From Mobula hypostoma (Eukaryota), in contig NC_086097.1 in the NCBI RefSeq assembly GCF_963921235.1, positions 94,118,001 to 94,182,000 of the forward strand: DNA of 64,000 nucleotides, read 5' to 3'. The position numbers and the translations under genes were made by a program. The notes beneath the pieces were generated by a model. It searched no databases, had not been told where the DNA came from, and saw only the letters and a list, made by a program, of their open reading frames with translations. Shown here in pieces: positions 39,001-51,000 of the stretch (position 1 is the first letter of the stretch; every line of letters begins with the position of its first letter).

Positions 39001-42000
39001 GGTACAGGCTGACCACTGCTCACTGCACATAAATGGCTCCTCTGTCGAGAGAGTTAGGAGTGTCAAGTTCCTGGGAGTGCACATTACGGACGATTTCACC
39101 TGAACCTTAAGCACCATCTCTTTGGCTAAAAAAGCACAGCAGTGTCTCCATTCCTGAGGAGACTCAGGCAAGCGAGGCTCTTCCCCCCTCCCCCATCTTA
39201 ACCAATTTTTACAGGATCACCATTGAGAGTTTCCTGACCATCTGAAACAGGAATTGCAAGGCTTCTGATCGCAAGTCCCTGCAAAGAGTTTTGAGGAGTG
39301 CTGAGAGGATTACCAGAGTCTCTTTCTCACCCATTAGAAATATTTATCAGGAGTGCTGCATACGCAGAGCCCGTAGCATTGTCAGCGAACCCTCCCATCC
39401 GTCCAACGATCTCTTTCACCCCCATCCCACCCCACCATCAAGCAGGAGGTACCATACCATTCGGACAAGAACTGTTAGGATGGGAAACTGCTTCTTCCCC
39501 AGGCAGTAAGACTACTGAACTCCCTGGCACCACCCTGGTCTCATCACGTGTGGAGCGGCAGTAGTGTTATACTGTTAATTTTTAAAATTTGTAATATGTA
39601 TATATATATACGTTATTATTTGTCAATTTGTTTGCAGTAATATTACTTTTTGTGTGAGTTATATGTCTTGTGTTGTGCACCCCGGTCTGGAGGAATGTAG
39701 TCTCGTTTGGTGGTCTACACGTGTATGGATGAATGTCAAAAAAACTGAAATTGAACTTAAACCAGTGCGTTTTCACTTTCCCTGTGCTTGCCCCAGGTGT
39801 TGGTGTGCTAATTTTGTTACTTACGGCTGCTTGACTCAATTCCCAGTGCCGCCCATCCTCCAATAAGTTCATTGACAGACAGAGGGACTTTACTGAAAAG
39901 CTGGGAGGGGAACCTTGTCTATACTTTTTGTATCATGAAGCGTGGGTAGATAACCAAGCAACATCTGACATGTTGGAAGATTACTGTTGGAAGTAATCAT
40001 CCTGTTCCCTAATAAAAGATGGAATTAAACCTCTTTTGATCAAATTCTCTTTGAAAGTTTAACAATGGATGAATTGACAACAAAATTTGGGGAGGTTATA
40101 AGGGGCATAAAGATTGAGGCAGACATCTAACTGGAAGAGAAGTCAAGTGAGCCCAGTAACCTGTGATAAACTGAGGGTTTTCTCTTTTGTGGCTGTTTCG
40201 GCGTGTAGAAGGCATAAATCTGGACCTTCTGAAGAGTCTGGAAACTTACCTTAGTGTCTCCTTGTGTCACATTCTGCTAGCCCCACAGTGCACGAAGGGT
40301 TAAGGAACTGGACAGAAAGACCTCTCCCTCTCACACTTGCTCAATTATTCCCACTCTCATTCCACACAAAGTAGCAACCACACAGGTTAGTGGCTCAATG
40401 GACTTCTTTTCAGCTAAGTGTCTGCTTCAATCATTATTCCTCTAATAACCTCTTCAAATGCTGCTGTTGACTGATTCCCATTCCCACTCTCAGTCATTCA
40501 CTTCTGCTCCTCGTTTACTGCCACTCTTTCTGCGCCCTCTCCCACACCCACGCGCGCTCAAGTCTCTCGCCCTCCCTCGCACATCCGTGTGCTCTCCTTT
40601 TCTCTTGCTTCTTCACTCTCACTTTTCCACGCACGCCACACACAATCGTGCTGTCACTTGTCCTCTCATCCACTTGTCTGTCCTCCCTGCCTGCAGGTGA
40701 AGCTCCTGTACTGCCTGGTACTGCTGGACTTATTTCCTGGCATAATTTACATATTGCTATTTAATTATTTATGGTGCAACTGTAATGAAAACCAATTTCC
40801 CCCGGGATCAATAAAGTATGGCTATGACTATGCGGGTTGCAGGTGGGTGTCTGCCTGGTACAAGGTGATCATCAATTCAACATTCTAACTTGTGGAGTCT
40901 GAGGCTTAGTCTGTAGTTTATCCAGCCATGTTTCTGTTCCAGAACCTCTGGACCTAATTTATTAGCAACTCATAAAGGATCTGCACCACATTAATAATCC
41001 TTGGGGCACCAAATGGGTGCTATTGGCTATCTGATGATGTCACTTCAGTAAAGGATAATGTCACTTCCTCTGTGGTTTGAGGGTGACTTGCTCCACTCTG
41101 GTTTTGCAGGTTCTGAGGTAGCTAATGAAGCTGAAGAAGGGATCAGGGACTTGTATCAAGCTGCAGAAAGTTTCAAACTCAGTCAGCTCCATTGCACGCA
41201 CTAGCCTTCCAACAGCAGGGTGACCACAACTGTGAATGCAGTCTCACCCCCACCTTGTACGACCACACCGACCCCCCAGCTTCAAACTCAACACTGCGAG
41301 TGCAGTCTCACCCCCACCTTGTACGACCACACCGACCCCCCAGCTTCAAACTCAACACTGCGAGTGCAGTCTCACTCCCATCTTGTACGACCACACCGAC
41401 CCCCCAGCTTCAAACTCAACACCGCGAGTGCAGTCTCACTCCCATCTTGTACGACCACACCGACCCCCCAGCTTCAAACTCAACACCGCGAGTGCAGTCT
41501 CACTCCCATCTTGTACGACCACACTGACCCCCCAGCTTCAAACTCAACACTGCGAGTGCAGTCTCACTCCCATCTTGTACGACCGCACCGACCCCCCAGC
41601 TTCAAACTCAACACTGCGAGTGCAGTCTCACTCCCATCTTGTACGACCGCACCGACCCCCCCCAGCTTCAAACTCAACACTGCGAGTGCAGTCTCACTCC
41701 CATCTTGTACGACCGCACCGACCCCCCAGCTTCAAACTCAACACTGCGAGTGCAGTCTCACTCCCACCTTGTACGACCACACCGACCCCCCAGCTTCAAA
41801 CTCAACACTGCGAGTGCAGTCTCACTCCCATCTTGTACGACCGCACCGACCCCCCAGCTTCAAACTCAGTGCCCTGCGTGAAGAAGCCCAGCGTGCGAAA
41901 AACCTTCTTCTTTACCTGTCTACCAATGACTCAACTTTCAGGGAACCGTATATCAGTTAGATATCAGGCTATGTGAAGTCTCCTGGATACATGTTAAAGG

Positions 42001-45000
42001 GATAGTTCATGGTTTTGGAATGTAAAGCAGGAGTGAAAGGAATTTTGCTCTCAATACCTTTCTGTGTGGGTGTGAACCTAAATGTATAATGTTGCTGGTG
42101 AGCGCAGGTTGATTGTGAATAATTTGTTGTTTTTGTGTCTTTCTCGTTCTCTCTCTCTCTGTTCCTCCAGGTTTTTGATCCCAACAAGGTCAATGCTAGC
42201 TCAAACACTAACATATCCTTTGAGGTGACTTTTTCTGTGCCGCCATACAGCCACACAATCGGAGAACTGAGTCCATTTGCGACCTGTGGCGTTCGGATCA
42301 GCTGTAGCAACGAGGTTGGGCCTTCAGGGTTCAGCGAGTGGATGCACTTTCGGACGTCTGAAGGAGGTGACGTGATCATCTGTAGCAGGAGAAAATTAGA
42401 GTTTATCAGGGCACTAATTCTCCCCACTTGGTGCCTGCTAAAGTTGCTTCATTCCCCTGGTAATCAGAGGTCTGAGTTTGAATCCAATTACTTGTTGGGA
42501 AGTATGGTCATACACTTTGGTTGAAGAAATGAAAGGGCAAACTATTTTCAAAATGGAGAGAAATACAAAAACTCAGGTGCGAGGGGACCTGGAGGTTTTT
42601 GTGCAGGATTCCCTGAAGGTTAATTTGCAGGTTGAGTCGGTGGAGAGGAAGGTATTCATTTTAAGAGGACTAGAATATAAAAGTAATAATGTAATGCTGA
42701 AACTTTATAAAGCACTGGTAAAGGCCTCACTTGGAGTATTGTGAGCAGTTTTGGGCCCCTTATCTTAGAAAGGATGTTCTGAAACTGGAGAGGGTTCAAA
42801 CGAGTTTCATGAAAATGATTCCAGGATTGAATGGCTTGTCATATGAGGAGCATTTGATGGCTCTGGGCCTGCACTCATTGGAATTCAGAAGAATGAAGGG
42901 TAACCTAATCGAAACCTATTAAATGGTGAAAAGCCTTGATAGAGTGGCTGTGAAAAGGATGTTTCCTATGGTGGGTGAGTCTAAGACCGGAGTGCACAGC
43001 CTCAGTTTAGAGGGGCTTCCTTTTAAAAAGGAGATGAAAGGGAACTTCTTTAGCCAGAGAGTGGTGAATCTGTGGAATTTGTCGCCACAGGCAGCTGTGG
43101 AGACTGATCTTTATGTATATTTAAGGCAAATGTTGATAGATTCCAGGGCATGGAGAAGGTAGGAGATTGGGACTGAGAGGAAAATTGGATCAGCCATGAT
43201 GAAACGGTGCAGTAGACTTGATGGGCCAAATGGCCTAATTCTGTTCCTATATCATATGATCTTATGGTACTTAATTTCAGGAATGAAACCATCTGGGATG
43301 AAAAGCTGCTCAGTGATAGAAACTCGTTCAGAATGGAAGCAGGCTCTTCGACCCATTGCAACAACCATAAGACATAGGAGCAGAATTAGACCACCTGCCC
43401 ATAAAGTCTGCTCTGTCATTCAATCATGGCTGATCCTTTTTTCTGCCTCCTCCTCAACTCCAGTTCCTGGCCTTTTCCCCATAACCTTTGATGCCATGTC
43501 CAATCAAGAACCTATCAATCTCTGCCTTAAATACACCCAAAGACCTGGCCTCCACAGCTGCCTCTGGTAACAAATTCCACAAATTCACTACCCTCTGGCT
43601 AAAGAAATTTCTCCGCATCTCTGTTTTGAAAGGGCGCCCCTCTATCCTGAGGCTGTGCCCTCTTGTCCTAGACTCTCCCACCATGGGAAACGTCCTTTCC
43701 ACACCTACTCTGCCTGGGCCTTTCAACATTCGAAAGATTTCAATGAGATCCTCCCTCATCCTCCTGAATTCCAGCGAGTACAGACCAAGAGCCATCAAAC
43801 ATTCCTCGTATGATAACCCTTTCATTCCTGGAATCATCTTTGTGAGCCTCCTCTGGACCCTCTCCGATGCCAGCACATCTTTTCTAAGATGAGGGGCCCA
43901 AAGCTGTTCACAATACTCAGGGTGAGGCCTCACCAGTGCCTTAAAACCAGCAAGTATCCAAAACTCTAATCCCATTCTTTTCTTCCTTAACTTCCCCTAG
44001 ATTCTACCCCTTCTCCTATACCCCAGAGGCAATTACCCTCCTAACCCACGTGCCTTTGGTGTGTCAGAGGTCACTGGAGCACCCAGGGTAAACCCACATA
44101 GTCACAGGTAGAACATGCAAACTCCACACAGACAACACCAGGCTGAGCCTGGGTCACTGGAAGGGTGAGGCAGTGATTCTACTAGTTGTGCCAGTGTGCT
44201 GGGCCGGACGATGATGGTCATTACAAGATGACTGTGACGTAAGAACCTGTACAGTTCACTGGTGCCTCCTAGGGAATTAAAACTGATCTCCATTCCCTAC
44301 CCGAGGAGTCACCAGCAGCTGCAGGTGCTGGAACCCGGAGCGACAAGCAGTCTGCTAGAGGAATCAGACACTCGAGCGACATCTGTGCGAGGAAAGGAAC
44401 GCAGATGCAGGCTGTTGACCGGAAAGACTGACATCTCCTTTCCTCCCACAGGTGCCGCACGACCCGCTGGGCTCCTCCAGCAGGCTGTTTGTTGCTCTAT
44501 ACTGTGTCTCATGTGACTCCAGATCCACCAATGGTCATCTGGTCATTGTCATGTGTACTCAGATACGGTAACAGATCATTCTGTAGTGCAAGTGGAAAAA
44601 AGTGACCGCAGAATGCCTTTGATTCCCGACATCACCCAGGTGAACGACTCGTCAATGGGGCACTTGAGGATAGGCAATAAATGCCAGCCTCACAACTCCT
44701 AACTTAACGCAAGTTGCGTCAAACTTGTGAGATTGTCTCCCAAATCTGGGAATGGGATCCAGGCAGTCAATAATCTAGGAGCAGCCAGCGATGGAGCGTA
44801 TTTCTCAGGTATGTTCCCAGTGAGGTCAAAGATACTGAATAGAACATTGTCTTTCTGCATAGTTTCAGCACCACAGAAGGTTAACTATGGGAAAGGCAAA
44901 TAGTGTGAAGAAATAGTTAACACAAACTAATATTTTGTAATTTCACTCTGCAGGAGTGAGATTGCTGAGAAGGCAGGAGAATGGAGTTGAGAGGATTAAT

Positions 45001-48000
45001 AAATTAGCCGTGATCGAATGGCAGAGCAGACCTGTTGAGCTGATTGATCTAATTCTGCTCCTATGTCTTGTGGCCTTGTGGTCTTACAGTGGGGTTTGTA
45101 ATGGCTGCTGCACTCTGAGCTGAATTCAGGCCCCTCACTGACATTGCGTTAGCTGCAGCCTGTAGGAATGCTCTCACCGTTACCGGGATTTTCTGTGCTT
45201 GCGTCTGTGTTTGTTGGAGGTGACATGTGATCTGTTTTCCCACAGCTCCGAGTGCCTCACCAGGGAATGTGACGTACTCCTACAATGGCTCATCGTTTGT
45301 GATACAGTGGGACGAGATAGCAGCAGGCGATGTACATGGCGTTCTTCTTGGATATGTGGTGGAATGGAACAGGAAGGAGGGAAAACAGGTCGTTGCTCAC
45401 AGAGACACTCTTTCATCATAATATATGAAATGTACTGTGCCTGTATAGTAATTCCTACTGTTATTTAAATAGCGTCCTATCACAGGGCGACAAACTTAGA
45501 AATCTGTAGCTTTCAGTAATCCTGTTAGAGATAGTATTGAGAAACCATCTGCAGATCATGGTGTCGTACTCGATCAGACCCGACGCAGTAGCAATTGTAC
45601 CACAAATACACTAACACACGTAATTCTTTTCAAACCTTTATTCTCTACTCATAGCATGCTATGGGGGAAGTTACAGACTGATCTCCCAAAAGAGCCAGTC
45701 CGGACACTGCCCCCGAATTACACAGTTCTCCACAATTTATAACATTGATCAGGTAGCAGGAAATCTTACGATTACAAATTTAGACAATATTAGAATCATT
45801 TCAATCACATGCTAAGATATAATTAAGTGTAAGATAATTATTGGTCAGTTAGATATAATTATCTTAAGCCAAAGCTAGCCCATCAGTTCCTCATTCGGAC
45901 CCTTCCCCTTTTCTCCAGAACATTCTAGCCATTACCTCATCCCTCCCATATTTAGTTACACCTTGAGCTGCTTCTGCAAGATCAGATAGTTCCTTATTTG
46001 AGCCCTTGCCTATCTTTAGACAATAATGACTAGTACGTCACCCGTTGCAGAGTGAAGCTTCTCTCTGACTTGTCAAAACTTGACCAAAGCAGTAAGCTAA
46101 GGCGCTTACAAGGTGATTGATTATAAGTTAATCATTGTCCTCTGTTTTTCCCCCTATTTACCTATCCCTTCATTCCGTCAATGGGACCACCCACCACACC
46201 CTCACCCCACACCCATCCTCCTGTCTTTGAATCAGTTCTCAGTGCTAAAGCCATCAGCAGTTATCTCTAGGAGCCAAATTTGGGTGTACCTTTCAGCTTT
46301 TTTATCTTTAACTGACTTGTATCTATGTATCTGTCTCTCTCTGTCTCTCCTGTTAACAGTTGGCCATTGTTACTATCCTTTTCAAAGTCAGTTTTGCCTT
46401 TACTTTAGTTCTCCATCTTTGGTTTTTGGAGGATTCTTAACTAACATTCCTTTCTGAAAGCATTCCGGGAAATCACTCCCAAATAGCCCCACATCACACA
46501 CCTGTTCTCCTAATTCTGCGCACCTTTGAATTCTCAGTACTATTTCCTTTGTCCAGTCATTGTCCACACCTCATCCTTCCTGAGACTCACATGCGCAGGG
46601 ACCAACCACCTCCAAGCTTGTGCTAAACTTCCCTGATCAATACACCCAACTCTTCTGTTCTCCAACTTGCTAATATTCCCGTAAATCTACTCATTAAATT
46701 CTCAATGCTTTAAGGAGATTCACAAGAAATCCACTTCATTAGAAACAACACACTCCTTGATTTACCAAGTAATCCAGTGAAAGTTTTGCAGATAGACCTA
46801 TTGCTTCCTGTCCCCAGTTTCTTGGTTTCTTATTGCAATATGTACCAAGTTATTGGATGGCGGGGTGGAGGTACGTCTCTGCCAGAGGAGGTGTAAGGCA
46901 CTCCTTCCCTCCGCTAGCCTCAGGTCACCCTTGGGCAAGGTGTAGCACCTGCTTAGCCCCACCACCTGGTCCCATGGCGGTGGATGGTCGTACGAGCAGC
47001 TGGTGCACATCACAAGTCCTGGTTATGTGACCACTGATGCCAGGCAGACAGCCTCTGGACAGTATTGATCATGGCTGGCGTCACCCGTCTTGTAAAGACA
47101 GTGCCCAGAAGAAGGCAAGGCAGACCACTTCTGTAGAAAAATTTGCCAAGGACAATCATGGTCAAGACCATAACTGCGCACGTCAGATGACACGGCACAT
47201 AATGAATGAATGAATGCTAATATATAGTAAAAAAAAATCTCTTATTTGTGTGCCATTCAGGCGGATCATTAGTACATCCAGACAGGTAAAAGAAAACAGA
47301 GTGGGCAAGGATCTGGCGGATAGAATATAATATTGATAAATATGAGGTCATCCACTTTAGAAAGGAAATAGAAGGTCGGATTATTATTTAAATGGTGGAA
47401 GATTACAACATTCTGTTGTGCTTTAGGACTGGGAAGTATCTGTGCATGAAATGCAAAATGTTTGTTTGCAGTTGCAACAGGTTGTCGAGAAGGCAAATGG
47501 AATGCTGGCCTTAATCGCTAAAGGGATTGAATTGACGTGCAAGGAGGTTAGGTACAGGGTACTGGTGAGGCTGCATCTAGGCTATCGTGTGCAGTTCTGG
47601 TCTGCTTGCTCGAGAAGATATATACTTGCAGAGGTGGTTCACCAGGTTGATGCTGGAGATGACGGATTTAGTGTATGAGGAGAGATTGGGTCACCTGGGA
47701 TTTCATTGGAATTCAGAAGAATAAGAGGGGATCTTATGTAAGGAGGAGGTAAAATACATGCAGTGAAGTGTTTTTTACACTGGTAGGTGAGACCAGAACT
47801 AGGGGACGTAGTTTCCTTCTCTGGAGAGTAGATTAGGATGGAGATTGAGGAGGAACTGCCTTTCCCAGAGAGTTATGTATCTGTGGAATTTTCTGCCTAA
47901 GGAAGCAGTATAGGCTATCTCACTAAATATATTTAAGACCCAGTTAGACAGATTTTTTCATAGCTGGGAAATAAGTGTTATGGGGAATAGTCAAGTAGAT

Positions 48001-51000
48001 GGAGCTGAGTCTGCTGTCAGATCAGCCATGATCTTATTGAATGGTGGAGCAGGCTCAACGGGCCGGATGGCCAACTCCTGCCCCTATTTCTTATGTTCTA
48101 ATGAGTGCACAATACAGTGCAGAGCAGCAGCTACAGACAAGGTGCCAGAAGGTAGATCAAAGAATCTTAAAAGAAAAAACAGAACGCTGGAAGCACTCAG
48201 GCCCAGCAGCACCTGTCAAGACAACAGGTCTATGTCAACATTTCACGTTGAGAGCCTGCATCAGGATTCAACCCGTTGAGTAGCACCAGTGATCTGTCTT
48301 CGGTCCCAGCTCCCAGAATATTCAGTCTCATGTCATCAAAAAACCTTGGGCTTTTTGATGTTGAAGTGAGGTACCTGACAGATGTGGAGAAATAAAACAC
48401 AGCATCGTGCACAGTCCCGCACTCTATACATGAAGGATATAGGGGCGTCAGCAGTGAAGATTCACCAGAAAGATTCCTGGGATGAGGGAGTTTATCAGTA
48501 CAAGGAGAGCTTACGTAAACTAGGGTTGTAATGACTTGGGTTTAGAAGAAAGAGATGTGGATTTCATTGGTTACTACACACTAGGAATTATCCAAGTTTC
48601 AGAGTTCTGGCTGCCATTCCTAGACCCAGGGTTCAGGCTGCCATTCCTAGACCCAGGGTTCAGGCTGACTGTTATGATACTGGGCACAAGGTTCAATGTG
48701 GAGTCGATGTGTCTCCAGGTTGGAGTGTCTAGAACTGAGGTTACGGTCTTGCAGTAAGGGAAAGAGCTATTCAGGATGGAGGTCAAAGGAAATTTCTTCA
48801 GTCGGAGGTGATGAATGTTTTGCATTTGCTGCCTTAGAGAGTGGTGGGGTGGAGATATGTCTCTACTAAAGGAGGTGTATGGCACTCCTTCCCTCCTAGC
48901 CTGAAGGTCATGCTTGGGAAAGGTGTAGCACCTGCTTAGCCCCTGATCAGGGACACATGAAGCCATGGGAGTAGGTGGTGGATGGTCGTATGAGCAGCTG
49001 GTGTGTATCACAAGTCCTGGCTATGCGACTACTGACACCGGAGAGACAATCTCTGAAGAGTATTAATAATGCTGGTGTCACCTGTCTTGTGAAGATACTG
49101 CCCAGAAGAACACAATGGCAAACCACTTCCATAGAAAAAATTGCCAATAATAATCATGGTCATGAAACCATGATCGTCCATTCATACAACACAGAACATA
49201 ATGATGATAATGACGATGATTATGATGGTGATGATGATGATAATGAAGATAGTGATGGTGACGATAATGATAATAATGTTGATGATGAAGATGATGATGA
49301 CCCTAGAGGACTGTGAATACTTAGTTGCTGAGTATATTGAAAGATGGGGATTGAAAATTTTTAAGATACTACAGGAATCAAGGTTTAAGTTTGTGCAGGG
49401 ACGTGGTGCTGAAGTAAATAGTCCACATGAGCTTATTAAAAGTTGGAGCTGGTGTGAGGGGCCAGATGACTTTCTCCTGCTTTTGTTGCTTTTGTCAAAG
49501 CTCTGTCTCATACAGACCAATCAACGACTTATACAGAGAGGAGTCCCAGTCCGTTAACCATTTCAAAGTGTAGGCACATAGTGTGATGAAAGGTCATGCT
49601 TTAGATCTGCTCGGTGTGAGCAGATGAAAGTTTCTCTCTGCTGTGCTGCTGAAAGTAGACAGTGTTTCTGTGTGGGGACTGTCTGCCTAACGTCGCCTGT
49701 AATGCCCCTTCTGTTGCTGCTCACTACACGTAGGGGTTAGGAAGGGCATTTTGTCGTTGAAGTCTCTCATCATTTGGATGTGGAAAGAGTGGGGCTGCGT
49801 CGATGGGGTGAATTACAGAAACTGCAGCCTGTAATAAACGTGATCTGGGAGGGATTTGAGAGACTGGAACATTCATGCTCCATTTTGCATATATTCCAAG
49901 TATATTGTGAATGCTACTGGGGGGGGGGGGGGGCGGGTGCACAGTTTTAAAAGATGTCTTTCAGTGCCCTGTGAGTAGTTGCTGGACATACAGCGTTCGA
50001 ACCAGAGGGAAGTAAGGGCCAGAGTAGGCCATTCAACCCATCAAGCTTGTTCTGTCATTTAACGTGAACTCCAAAGTCGATAGCCTGATCCAGTTTCCTT
50101 ACCACATCCCTTGCTTGCTCAAGGCCTTAGAAAAATATCTAAATCCTCCTTGGTTACAGAGTCATCGAGCAATGCAGCATGGGGCAGTCCCTTTGGCTGG
50201 ACGAGTACCTGGTGACTCTCTTCTAAACTGTTACCGTTTGCCCGTGAGTGGTCATATCCCTTTAACTCTTTCCTACCCACATACCTGTCCAATGGTTTTT
50301 TAAATGCTGTTAGTGTACCTGTCTCAACCACTTCCACTGGCAGCTTGTTCCATGTGCACACCACCCTCTGGGGAAAAGAGTTAACCCTCAGGTTCCTAAT
50401 AAATTTTTTCCCTCTCACCTAAAAACCTAAATCCTCCAGCTTTTGGTTCCCCAAACCCAGGAAAGAGATTGCACATATTCATCCTTTCTATACCCTTCAT
50501 GATTTTAAATGCCTCTATGATATCATCCCTCATGAATAAAGTCCTGATTTGCACAACCACCCTCCATAGTTCAGTTCCTTAAGTCCCATCAACATCCTCT
50601 GAAATCTCTTCTGCACTCTTTCCAGCTCAGTTGCATTTTTCCTGTAGCAGGATGATCAAAACCTGATTTGCCTGGAATTGCTTTCTGTGGTAAAGAACTT
50701 CAGAGATTTAATATTGTCCGGGAGAGGAAATTTGTTTCAATCTCATATCTAAATGATAACCCTGCAATCCCTGGTCTTGAATGTCCCAACCACTGGAAGC
50801 CTCTAGGCTGTCCGGTCCTGTGGGAATTTTGAGGGTTCCTATGAGATCCCTTCTCACTCTTTTAAATTTTAATGCATTCATTCATTCTTATGTACTGCAT
50901 TGTATGATGTAGACAATCGTGCTCTTATCCACGACCGTGATTGTTCTTGGCAATTTTTTCTACAGAAATAAGACCATAAGATACAGAAGCAGAATTAGGC

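Noticed and set aside
41192..41976. Two 246-aa ORFs and shorter overlapping ORFs
   Set aside because: Artefact of a stop-free 64-bp tandem repeat; the same peptide cycles through all frames.
48609..48667. Perfect 27-bp tandem duplication
   Set aside because: Simple slippage duplication inside a decayed CR1; no sign of function.
48975..49557. Asp-rich, Met-rich and Ile-rich ORFs
   Set aside because: Translations of a (GAT)n SINE tail.
49919..49938. Poly-G run, possible G-quadruplex
   Set aside because: Isolated homopolymer with uncertain length and no supporting context.
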